A stretch of DNA of 64,000 nucleotides from positions 128,445 through 192,444 of the forward strand of contig PQAL01000002.1 in assembly GCA_003105035.1 (NCBI GenBank). Direction: 5' to 3'. This document shows, in pieces, positions 45,959-54,672 of this stretch. This DNA is from Anaerolineales bacterium. Its GTDB lineage: Bacteria; Chloroflexota; Anaerolineae; Anaerolineales; UBA4823. Numbering within the stretch: position 1 is the first letter of the stretch; the number at the start of each line of letters is the position of its first letter. The notes below the pieces were generated by a model. The model was given only the letters and a program-made list of their open reading frames with translations, had not been told where the DNA came from and did not search any database. The position numbers and the translations under genes are program-made.

Positions 45959-46771
45959 ATGAATAAACCAACCCCATCCTATCGTGTCGTAGATTTCCCC
46001 AAGGAGCGCAGGGGGATGGCGGCTTTCCAGGAGCTCAAAGCAGGCCGGCACAACATGTATGCCCTGCTGGAAGTGGATGTCACCGTTGCCCGGAAGTTCA
46101 TTGAAGAGCACAAAGCACAGACTGGGGAGGCTTTGTCCTTCACCGGCTACCTGATCTCCTGCCTGGCGCGGGCTGTAGATGGTGATAAAACCGTCCAATC
46201 ATATCGCAAAGGCAACCGGAAGCTGGTCATATTCGATGATGTGGATGTGGGGTTCATGGTCGAGCTGCAAAAAGGCGATAAAAAAGTGCTCACCGGTCAT
46301 GTCATCCGGGCTGCCAACCACAAAAGCTTTGGTGAGATTCACGAGGAGATTCGCTCTATCCAATCAAGTCACCAAGTGGCGAGCGGCGATAAGGTTGGTT
46401 GGTTCCGTTCGATGCTACTCTTACCCTGGCCTCTTTCGAACATATTCAGGGCCTTTTTCAGCATGATGTTGCGCCGCGATCCAACCATTGCCACCTCCAT
46501 GGCTGGAACAGTTGGTATCACCTCGGTGGGTATGTTTGGTAAGGGTCATTCTGGCTGGGGGATCTCCGTTGGTACTCACGTGCTCGATTTGGTTGTGGGG
46601 GGCACCGCGCCCAGGCTGATGAAAGTAGATGGGCAGATCGAGTCGCGTGAGGTGCTCAACCTGACGATCATTTTTGACCACGATGTCATCGACGGTGCTC
46701 CTGCGACCCGCTTCACCCGTAAATTAGTGGAGCTGATTGAGAGTGGCTACGGCCTGGATTTTGCAGCGTGA
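45959..46771 (+). CDS. Stand-alone E2-type acyltransferase catalytic domain (paralog of 42378-43196)
   Basis: Blocks shared with the first copy: 'LLEVDVTV', 'FDDVDVG', 'GHVIRAANHK', 'RDPTIATSMAGTVGITSVGMFGKGHSGWG' and 'FDHDVIDGAPATRF..LVELIESGYGL'. Confidence 0.75.
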   Translation: MNKPTPSYRVVDFPKERRGMAAFQELKAGRHNMYALLEVDVTVARKFIEEHKAQTGEALSFTGYLISCLARAVDGDKTVQSYRKGNRKLVIFDDVDVGFMVELQKGDKKVLTGHVIRAANHKSFGEIHEEIRSIQSSHQVASGDKVGWFRSMLLLPWPLSNIFRAFFSMMLRRDPTIATSMAGTVGITSVGMFGKGHSGWGISVGTHVLDLVVGGTAPRLMKVDGQIESREVLNLTIIFDHDVIDGAPATRFTRKLVELIESGYGLDFAA

Positions 46772-46785
46772 AAGCGTGAGCTTTT

Positions 46786-47676
46786 ATGGGTACTGATGTA
46801 CCATTTGACCTGGTCGAGCAAACCATCATCAACTGGGCTCAAGCGCAGAACCCTGTCCGCCTGGTGATGCTCACCAGCACACGCGCCATCCCCAAGGCGA
46901 AGCTCGATGCATTATCCGATTATGATGTCATTTTGATCTTAAGGGATATCCACCCCCTGGTGGCAGATCGGGCATGGCTGAATGTCTTTGGCGATGTTTT
47001 GATCGCCTATTGGGACCCCATCTATCCTGATCCAGTCTTTGGGATCGAGGTATGTGCCAATGTTGTCCAGTATTGCAGCGGGCTCAAGATTGATTTCACC
47101 CTATGGCCGGTCAGCATGTTTGCCCTTATCAAGGCTTCACACACTTTACCTGGCCAGTTGGATGCTGGTTATCGCATTCTGCTCGATAAGGATAAGCTGG
47201 CGCAAGGCTTGCTACCACCCAGCAGGAAAGCCTTCCTCCCCAAAAGGCCCGATCTGGCTTCATACCAGCTTTTGGTCAACGACTTTTTGTCGGATGTGCC
47301 TTATGTGGCTAAATGCTTATGGCGTGGTGAGCTCCTGCCTGCGAAATGGTGCCTGGATTACGACATGAAACATGTCTACCTGCGCCCACTACTGGAATGG
47401 CTGGTGGAGCTAGACCATGATTGGTCGATTCCGGTCGGGAACCTGGGCAAGGAATTGAGGAAGCTCGTACCCGCAGATATCTGGGTCGATTTGGAACGCA
47501 CTTATACTGGTGCCTCCATTGCTGAGAATTGGGAAGCATTGTACCTCACCTTGGACTTTTTCAAGCGGGTGGCGATCCAGGTTGGCGGTCGCCTGGGGTA
47601 CTCGTACCCCGAAGAGCTTCATCAGCATGTGTGCGATTATGTTACCCAGATCAGGGAGATGCCTCCCAACCTTTGA
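46786..47676 (+). CDS. Aminoglycoside 6-adenylyltransferase (ANT(6)/AadK) family nucleotidyltransferase
   Basis: 296 aa. Alignable by eye to AadK-type proteins ('VRLVMLTSTRA...SDYDVILI', 'KIDFTLWP', 'ILLDKD', 'FLSDVPYVAKCLWRGELL'). Confidence 0.75.
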   Translation: MGTDVPFDLVEQTIINWAQAQNPVRLVMLTSTRAIPKAKLDALSDYDVILILRDIHPLVADRAWLNVFGDVLIAYWDPIYPDPVFGIEVCANVVQYCSGLKIDFTLWPVSMFALIKASHTLPGQLDAGYRILLDKDKLAQGLLPPSRKAFLPKRPDLASYQLLVNDFLSDVPYVAKCLWRGELLPAKWCLDYDMKHVYLRPLLEWLVELDHDWSIPVGNLGKELRKLVPADIWVDLERTYTGASIAENWEALYLTLDFFKRVAIQVGGRLGYSYPEELHQHVCDYVTQIREMPPNL

Positions 47677-47815
47677 TGCTGGCCAATTTGCAAATTGTTG
47701 GCGACAATAATTGTTTCTAACTCCTTTTTCTCTTGCTTTATCATCTCACTTTCCAACCTAGACTATAATTCACAGGTAAGGTATGCCACTCGCATTACGC
47801 AGGAGGTTTAACCAT

Positions 47816-49909
47816 ATGCGTGAGTTCTTCTACCCTAATAGTGTTGCTGTCATCGGCGTTTCCGATAAACCCGATAACCTCGGCCGTAACATCGTCGGGA
47901 ACCTGGTCGAATTCGGCTTTGGCGGGATTGTCTACCCGGTCGGTCCCTCAGGCGGTTTCGTGCAAACCCACCGCATTTACCGCTCGATCTCCGACATCCC
48001 CGACCATATCGACCTGGCAGTGATCCTGACACCCGCCCGGACGGTCCCTCTGCTCCTCGAAGAATGCGGGCAAAAGGGCGTACGTTGGGCGATCATTGAG
48101 ACAGCCGGGTTCAGGGAGTACGGTGAGGAAGGCCTTAAGCTGGAAGAGCAGATCGTGCAGGTAGCCCGGCGCTACGGCATCCGCTTCATTGGCCCGAACT
48201 GCGTGGGGGTCATCAACGTCGATAATGGCTTCAGCGTGCCATTCCTGCGTTTGAAGAAACCATCCGAAGCCGGAGATGTTTCATTAATATCACAGAGTGG
48301 TGGGGTAGGTTTCTCCGTGCTTAACCTGATGACAAATGAGGGGATTGCCCCGAATAAGTTTATCTCGGTCGGCAACATGCTGGATGTGTCTGCTGAAGAT
48401 ATCCTGGAGTACATGCTGGAGGATCCCGGCACCAAGGTTATCTTTTTATATTTGGAAAGCCTGCGTGATGGCAGGCGCCTGATGGATATTGCCTGTCGTT
48501 CGGCGAAACCTATCCTGGTGTTCAAGTCCAATATCGGCAGCCTGGGCAAGGTCATCGCGGCTTCCCATACCGCAGCCCTATCTAGCGATGATAAAGTTGC
48601 TGAGGCCGCCTTTAAACAGGCCGATATCGTGCGTGTCCATGATGCTACCAGCCTGCTCAATAACCTGAAAGCCCTGCGTCTGCCTCCTATGCGTGGTAAA
48701 AAACTGGCGATCATCTCACGCTCAGGTGGGCACGCCGTGGTGGCTGCTGATTCGAGCGAGCTATCCGGCTTCGAGCTTGCCGATCTTCCCCGCTCCTTCT
48801 TGGAAGAGATCGAGAAGCATTTTCGCGCCTCGGTGATCAAGCTGACCAACCCGGTAGACCTGGGCGATTTATTTGATTGGGATGTGTACGCCCAAATCCT
48901 GGAAGGGGCTCTCAAGTTATCGAATGTGGATGGGGTAGTGTTTCTGCATACTGCTTCTGAACGGGAGATCGACGCCAGCCGCAGGCTGCTGGAACGGGTC
49001 ATAGCCTTAGGCAAACAATATGATAAGCCGGTCGCCTATTATGTTTCCACTTCAGCCCAGGAGGTTAACTACCTGCGCCAGACCTACGCCTTCCCCATCT
49101 TCACCGCTGTGGTTGAGACCATCCGCGCCCTGGAGATGAGTTACCGCCATTACAGCCGCATGCAGGAGATCCGCAGCGCTGAACAAACCCCTGAATTCGA
49201 GGTGGATCATGAAGCCGTGCGAAGGATGATTAACCAGGCCAGAGAAGAGGGACGCGACCTGCTGCTTTCTGAGTCGATGGAGGTGCTGGAACATTATGGC
49301 ATCCCCACTGCGGTTGGCGTGCATGCGTCCACCGTACAAGAAGCACGCCAGGCAGCTGAGAAAATGGGTTACCCCGTGGCGATCAAGGTTATTTCAGAGC
49401 AAATTTCCCATAAGTCTGATGTGGGTGGTGTGCAGCTTAACCTGCGCAACGGTCCAGCGGTGGAAGAGGCCTTTGAAGACATGTTGCGCCGTATCCATGC
49501 CTCCTACCCCGATGCCAGATTGGATGGGGTGCTGGTGCAGCCCATGGTGACGGGTGGACAGGAGCTGATCCTGGGTGGTCGACAGGACCCCAATTTTGGT
49601 CCCGTGGTGCTGATCGGCCTGGGCGGTATCTTCGTTGAAGTACTCGAGGAAGTCTCACTGCGGGTAGCCCCCATCACCCACCGCGAGGCCATGGAGATGA
49701 TCGATGAGCTGCGGGGTGCTCCCATCCTCAAGGGAGCCCGCGGCCATAAGCCTTCCGACTTGCTGGCGGTTGGTGAAGCTTTGCTACGCCTTTCTCAATT
49801 GTTGATCGACTTCCCCGAGATTGGCGAGCTGGATATCAACCCCCTGCGTGTCTTCCAGGATAAGGATGGCTGCCGGGCACTGGATGCCCGTATCATGCTG
49901 AGGTCCTGA
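47816..49909 (+). CDS. ADP-forming acetyl/acyl-CoA synthetase (fused alpha-beta, NDP-forming)
   Basis: ATG 47816 follows SD 'aggagg'. N-terminal CoA-binding 'VAVIGVSDKPDNLG', succinyl-CoA-synthetase-like ligase domains, and a C-terminal ATP-grasp ('YPVAIKVISEQISHKSDVGGV'). Confidence 0.85.
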   Translation: MREFFYPNSVAVIGVSDKPDNLGRNIVGNLVEFGFGGIVYPVGPSGGFVQTHRIYRSISDIPDHIDLAVILTPARTVPLLLEECGQKGVRWAIIETAGFREYGEEGLKLEEQIVQVARRYGIRFIGPNCVGVINVDNGFSVPFLRLKKPSEAGDVSLISQSGGVGFSVLNLMTNEGIAPNKFISVGNMLDVSAEDILEYMLEDPGTKVIFLYLESLRDGRRLMDIACRSAKPILVFKSNIGSLGKVIAASHTAALSSDDKVAEAAFKQADIVRVHDATSLLNNLKALRLPPMRGKKLAIISRSGGHAVVAADSSELSGFELADLPRSFLEEIEKHFRASVIKLTNPVDLGDLFDWDVYAQILEGALKLSNVDGVVFLHTASEREIDASRRLLERVIALGKQYDKPVAYYVSTSAQEVNYLRQTYAFPIFTAVVETIRALEMSYRHYSRMQEIRSAEQTPEFEVDHEAVRRMINQAREEGRDLLLSESMEVLEHYGIPTAVGVHASTVQEARQAAEKMGYPVAIKVISEQISHKSDVGGVQLNLRNGPAVEEAFEDMLRRIHASYPDARLDGVLVQPMVTGGQELILGGRQDPNFGPVVLIGLGGIFVEVLEEVSLRVAPITHREAMEMIDELRGAPILKGARGHKPSDLLAVGEALLRLSQLLIDFPEIGELDINPLRVFQDKDGCRALDARIMLRS

Positions 49910-50585
49910 GCCGGTAACCAACTCCCGGCTCGGTAATAATGAAGTGTGGTCGGGTCGGGTCGGGCTCGATTTTTCTCCGCAGGTTGCTCATATTTACCCT
50001 TAGCAGATGAGCTTCATTAACATAGGCACTTCCCCACACTTCATGAAGTAGCTGGTGATGGGTGAGCACCCGTCCCGCGTTTTGCACCAGGATGCGCAGC
50101 AAATCATATTCAGTAGGTGTGAGCATTACTTCTACGCCATTAACATGCACTTGCCTGCGAGTCAGATCTACCTTCAAACTATCCGATTCGAAGACTGGTT
50201 CGGTCGCTGCCTGGCTGGAATGGCGGAGTGCAGCCCGCATGCGTGCCAGCAGCTCCCCACTGCTGAAGGGCTTGGTCAGATAGTCGTCTGCTCCGGCATC
50301 CAGGGCATTGATTTTATCAATTTCTTGCTCGCGCACCGAGAGAATGATGATCGGGATGTGTGTCCACTGGCGTAATAAGCGAGTGACTTCCACTCCATCG
50401 ATGTCGGGTAATCCCAGGTCGAGGACAATCAGATCTGGCCGGTCGCTGACGGTTTTATCCAGGGCATCTTTACCGCTGCTTGCCTCATAAACCGTGTAGC
50501 CCTGAGCATTCAAGGCTGCGTGCAGGTAGCGCCGGATGGCACGCTCATCATCCACCACTAGTACCCGCAAACCAATTTCGTTCAT
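49893..50585 (-). CDS. kdpE: KdpE response regulator (OmpR family)
   Basis: REC domain ('VLVVDDE', 'DLIVLDLGLPDIDG') plus a winged helix. It overlaps kdpD by 4 nt. Confidence 0.9.
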   Translation of the reverse strand: MNEIGLRVLVVDDERAIRRYLHAALNAQGYTVYEASSGKDALDKTVSDRPDLIVLDLGLPDIDGVEVTRLLRQWTHIPIIILSVREQEIDKINALDAGADDYLTKPFSSGELLARMRAALRHSSQAATEPVFESDSLKVDLTRRQVHVNGVEVMLTPTEYDLLRILVQNAGRVLTHHQLLHEVWGSAYVNEAHLLRVNMSNLRRKIEPDPTRPHFIITEPGVGYRLRTSA

Positions 50586-53269
50586 TTCTTACCCTTCCAT
50601 TCCAGTGGCACACACACTGTGAAAACTGACCCTCCACCACGGCGGTTTTCCGCCATGATGCTGCCCCCGTGTGCTTCTACGATCCCCTTACTTATCGAAA
50701 GCCCCAGGCCAGTACCGCTGACGTTATCGGGTCGTTGCACCCGATAAAACTTGTCAAAAATGCGTTCGAGGTCTTCCTGCGGGATTCCCTCTCCGTGGTC
50801 AGCGATCTTTATCTCCAATCCCTGCTTTGTTTCATGAGCATGGACCTCGATGGGCTTATCCGGGGGTGAGTACTTCAGGGCATTATCAATGATATTCACC
50901 AGTACCCGGCTGAACAGCACAAAATCCAATGGCACCGGGGCTAGTTGTTCAGGGATATCTACCTTCACCTGGCGATCCTTGAGTCGCGCTCCGATTTGTT
51001 CCAAGGCTGACCCAACCAGTTCCTGAATATCACAAGCCTCGCGCCGAAGCTGGATTGGACCTGCTTCCAATCGGGTGATATCCAACAGGTTGCCCACCAG
51101 GCGGTTCAAACGGTCCGCCTCTTCACGTGCTGTCTCAATCAAGCTACGGCTCACATCTTCATCCAGGGCAGGGCCGACTTCTTCGAGACTGCTCAAAGCC
51201 CCTGTGATCGATACCAGTGGAGTTCTCAGGTCATGCGAGATGGAATTAAGCAACGCGGACTGTAATTTCTCGGTAGCTTCCATCAGTTCGGCCTGGTGGG
51301 CTTGTTCAACCAGCTGAGCACCTTCGATCGCCAAGGCTACCTGGTTAGTAAACGCTTCCAAGATACGCCGTTGGTCAGGATTCAAGTAGGAGCTGTTATT
51401 CAATGGTTTAATCCCCAATACACCGATCACACCCTGGGTTGTCTTAAGCGGTTGGTAAAGCATGGAAGCATCTGGCAGCGTATCGGTTCCGCGGCCTGCC
51501 TGCTGACGATGCTCGTAAGCCCATACGGCGACTGCTAATTCATTCTCTGTTACCTCCAGGCCCTGGGTACTTTTGTACAGGTATAAATCCCCAGCCTGGG
51601 GCAGGAAAATGGCTACATCTCGGCTGTAGGTTTGCCCGATATGGTCAACTACAGTTTTCGTAACAGCCTCTAAACCTACCGCGGCTGTCAGGTCATGACC
51701 TAAATCATACAAGGCCGCTGTTTGGGCCTCACGCCGCTGAGCAGCATCGGCTTGCTCCCGAACCTGGGCAGTTAAATAGCTGATGACTAGGCTCACCGCA
51801 AGTAAGCCAAAGAAAGTCAGGATGTATTCTGTGTCTGAAACAGCCAGGGTGAACTGGGGTGGAACGAAGAAATAATCAAAGGCCAGCACGCTCAAGATTG
51901 AGGTCATAATTGCTGGACCCCGCCCAAGAAATAGGGCTGCCACCACAGTTGCCAGTAAGTAAATGACGATTAGGTTGGTCGGTGAAATTAACGGGGCAAT
52001 CAGGTAGCCTATGGCAGTCGCCACCAACATCATGGCGAGGCCCCAGGCATACCGGCGTAACGGATGATGGGGCTGCCAGATGTGTTCTGCTTGGCTCTCT
52101 GGCGATTTTTCTGTACATTTCTCCTTGCTATTCACTGAGATCACGTCGATTGGACCGCTCCTGCGGATTAACTGGTCACCGATTGGCCTGCGGAACAGGT
52201 CAATCAGCTTCGACCGGTGTGATTTACCGATGATGATCTTCGTGATGTTCTGGTTCCGGGCATAGTTTGTCACAGTTTCGACAACTGAATGACCGGGTAT
52301 CGTGAGCGACCTGGCACCTAATTCCTCGGCTAGCCGCAGCATATGGTCAACCTTGTCACGCTGGCTGGCAGGCATACGCACATGCTGTGGGGTTTCAACG
52401 AATATCGCATACCACTCCGCTTTCATCTCATCGGCCAGACGGCGTGTAGTTCTAATGAGCCGCTCACTGCCAATCCCAGGACTGACGCATACCAGCAAGC
52501 GTTCACCGGCAGGCCACGGCCCAGGGATAGAACGCAGCCCCATATAATCGAGCATCTGGTTATCGACCCGTTCTGCAGCCCGCCGCATGGTTAGCTCACG
52601 TAGCGCAGTCAGATTACCCTGTCGAAAGAATTTTTCAATAGCCCGTTCAGCCTGTTCGGGGATGTAAACTTTTCCTTCCTTAAGGCGGTGTAACAGCTCG
52701 TCCGTGGGCAGGTCGACCAGCTCGATATCGGTCACCTCATCGATCACCCGGTCAGGAATGGTTTCTTGGACTTTTACGCCAGTGATCTGGGCGACTACAT
52801 CATTCAAGCTCTCCAGGTGCTGGATGTTAAGGGTTGTATACACATTAATACCCACCTCCAGCAGCTCTTCCACATCCTGGTATCGTTTCGCGTGCCTGGA
52901 GCCCGGAGCATTTGTGTGCGCCAGCTCGTCCACCAGCACCAAGTTGGGCTTTCGGGCAAGAACCTGATCGATATCCAGCTCGTGAAGCTTTACATTTCGG
53001 TAGTTTATGATTTTTGCAGGGACGATCTCTAGGCCGCGCAGCATGTTCTCTGTTTCAGCTCGTTGATGAGTCTCAACATATCCCACCACAACATCCACGC
53101 CTTCTGCTTTACGTTGGTGAGCAGCCTCCAGCATGGCATAGGTTTTTCCCACACCTGCCGCATAGCCAAAGAAGATCTTCAGATGGCCGCGTTTCTTTTG
53201 TTTGGCTTCTGATTGAACACGCGCCAGTAGCTCGTCTGGATCTGGTCGGATTTCAGCAAAAGCTCCCAC
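50582..53269 (-). CDS. kdpD: KdpD sensor histidine kinase
   Basis: 895 aa. N-terminal KdpD/Usp ('GYAAGVGKTYAML'), 4 TM, GAF, HisKA 'SHDLRTPL', and HATPase 'GTGLGLSI'. Confidence 0.95.
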   Translation of the reverse strand: MGAFAEIRPDPDELLARVQSEAKQKKRGHLKIFFGYAAGVGKTYAMLEAAHQRKAEGVDVVVGYVETHQRAETENMLRGLEIVPAKIINYRNVKLHELDIDQVLARKPNLVLVDELAHTNAPGSRHAKRYQDVEELLEVGINVYTTLNIQHLESLNDVVAQITGVKVQETIPDRVIDEVTDIELVDLPTDELLHRLKEGKVYIPEQAERAIEKFFRQGNLTALRELTMRRAAERVDNQMLDYMGLRSIPGPWPAGERLLVCVSPGIGSERLIRTTRRLADEMKAEWYAIFVETPQHVRMPASQRDKVDHMLRLAEELGARSLTIPGHSVVETVTNYARNQNITKIIIGKSHRSKLIDLFRRPIGDQLIRRSGPIDVISVNSKEKCTEKSPESQAEHIWQPHHPLRRYAWGLAMMLVATAIGYLIAPLISPTNLIVIYLLATVVAALFLGRGPAIMTSILSVLAFDYFFVPPQFTLAVSDTEYILTFFGLLAVSLVISYLTAQVREQADAAQRREAQTAALYDLGHDLTAAVGLEAVTKTVVDHIGQTYSRDVAIFLPQAGDLYLYKSTQGLEVTENELAVAVWAYEHRQQAGRGTDTLPDASMLYQPLKTTQGVIGVLGIKPLNNSSYLNPDQRRILEAFTNQVALAIEGAQLVEQAHQAELMEATEKLQSALLNSISHDLRTPLVSITGALSSLEEVGPALDEDVSRSLIETAREEADRLNRLVGNLLDITRLEAGPIQLRREACDIQELVGSALEQIGARLKDRQVKVDIPEQLAPVPLDFVLFSRVLVNIIDNALKYSPPDKPIEVHAHETKQGLEIKIADHGEGIPQEDLERIFDKFYRVQRPDNVSGTGLGLSISKGIVEAHGGSIMAENRRGGGSVFTVCVPLEWKGKK

Positions 53270-53284
53270 AATGATCTCCCCGTC

Positions 53285-53857
53285 TTATTTTATCGCATCC
53301 AGCGCAAGATTAAGCTCAAGCACATTGACTCGTGGCTCGCCCAGGATGCCGAAGGTCCGCCCTTGTGTATATTTTTCGACCAGGGCTTGAACCAGCTGCT
53401 GGCTTAGGCCGCGTAACCTGGCGACTCTGGCCACCTGGTAATTCGTTGCCGCCACGCTAATATCGGGGTCGAGACCACTGCCTGAAGAAGTGACCAGGTC
53501 CACTGGGATGGGCGCCGTGTTGGTAGGATCTGCTGCTTTTAAGGCGGCAATCCGAGCTTCTACTTCGCTGGTTAATGCCGGGTTGGTGGGTCCCAGGTTA
53601 GATCCCGCCGAGGCTGCTGCATTATACGGGTAGGGTGACGTGGCTGATAGGCGTCCCCAAAAGTAACGCGGGTCGTCGAACTGTTGTCCGATCAGCGCTG
53701 AGCCGACCGCCTCACCATTCTGGAAGATTAAGCTGCCGTTCGCCTGCCTGGGAAAGATAACCTGGGCAATCGAGGTGATCACCAGGGGGTAAATGACCCC
53801 GGTGATCAAGCTGAAAACCGCCAAAGACACCAACGCCGGTCTAAGATAAGCGCGCAT
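53285..53857 (-). CDS. kdpC: Potassium-transporting ATPase subunit C
   Basis: 190 aa. N-terminal TM with 'GSNLGPTNP' and '[10 protein letters not shown]' KdpC blocks. Confidence 0.9.
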   Translation of the reverse strand: MRAYLRPALVSLAVFSLITGVIYPLVITSIAQVIFPRQANGSLIFQNGEAVGSALIGQQFDDPRYFWGRLSATSPYPYNAAASAGSNLGPTNPALTSEVEARIAALKAADPTNTAPIPVDLVTSSGSGLDPDISVAATNYQVARVARLRGLSQQLVQALVEKYTQGRTFGILGEPRVNVLELNLALDAIK

Positions 53858-53874
53858 TAGAATTTTCCACTTCT

Positions 53875-54615
53875 TTACCCGGCGTCAGCGTTTGCCAGCA
53901 CTTCGGCTTCAGCCAGCCTGGATCGTTCGAGCGCCTGAGCTGCCTGGATGGTGATGTTGTGCAGCAGGCGGCTACCTTCTTCCGGCAGCCACCCGTTTCC
54001 TTTCCAGATACGAATCTCACCTACCAGGCCGGGAAAAGCCAGGATAGGCAAAATTCGATCAGGCATTCCGCTCGCCTCACCTGCTGGTGGAGCTTTTGCC
54101 ATCAGCGATCGTTGCGACCCACTACACTCGACACATACTTCCACTAGTTGAGATTGAAACATGAATTGGATGTTATTGGCCAGTGCATGTACAACCGTTT
54201 CCTGGGTGCGCAGACCAGATAAAGCTGATGATAGCTCATACATGAACATCGCCTCTCGCTGGCTAGTTTGGGCCTTAGATAAGCCAGTCTGGATCCTCGC
54301 GATGACTACGATCGAAACTACCAGGAAGATTGCCAGCACCAGCCAGCCTTCCAGCCTGCCCACAGCAAAAGTATAGAATGGCGGAATGAAGAAGAAGTCA
54401 AATAGCAAAGCAGCAGTAACAGCCGCACACACCCCCGCTCCCTGGCCCCACTTGGCAGCGCACCAGCCTATCGGTACCAGATATAACAGCGCAATCACTG
54501 CCTCCCCGAGGGTTTCTCGCCCGATAAATAATAATGGAATCGTCGTTAGAGCTACGGTTAAAAAAGCGAAGATGCAGTTTATGAATGCGGTTGATGAAAA
54601 TATTTTTTTCTTCAT
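53875..54615 (-). CDS. Kinase-less KdpD-like membrane sensor module (DUF4118-type 4-TM + GAF-like domain)
   Basis: 246 aa, SD 'gagagg'. It aligns by eye to the TM/GAF part of the KdpD in this window: '[16 protein letters not shown]' with 'LAFDYFFVPPQFTLAV', and '[16 protein letters not shown]' with 'NQVALAIEGAQLVEQAHQAE'. There is no HisKA or ATPase domain. Confidence 0.75.
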   Translation of the reverse strand: MKKKIFSSTAFINCIFAFLTVALTTIPLLFIGRETLGEAVIALLYLVPIGWCAAKWGQGAGVCAAVTAALLFDFFFIPPFYTFAVGRLEGWLVLAIFLVVSIVVIARIQTGLSKAQTSQREAMFMYELSSALSGLRTQETVVHALANNIQFMFQSQLVEVCVECSGSQRSLMAKAPPAGEASGMPDRILPILAFPGLVGEIRIWKGNGWLPEEGSRLLHNITIQAAQALERSRLAEAEVLANADAG

Positions 54616-54672
54616 AGGTTTCCTCTCAACATAACTCTGTCGTTACTTAATTTAAAACTTCCTTACTCAGTA

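Noticed and set aside
44504-46198. Long antisense ORFs (248 aa at 44504-45250, 309 aa at 45269-46198) opposite the aminotransferase and E2-like genes.
   Set aside because: The translations are low-complexity and rich in Arg, Gly, His and Ala. They have no recognisable motifs or RBS. They fully overlap sense genes that have clear family signatures, so they are typical shadow ORFs.
48172-49014. 280-aa antisense ORF inside the acyl-CoA synthetase gene.
   Set aside because: This is a Ser/Arg-rich shadow ORF with no motifs. The sense strand encodes a well-supported protein.
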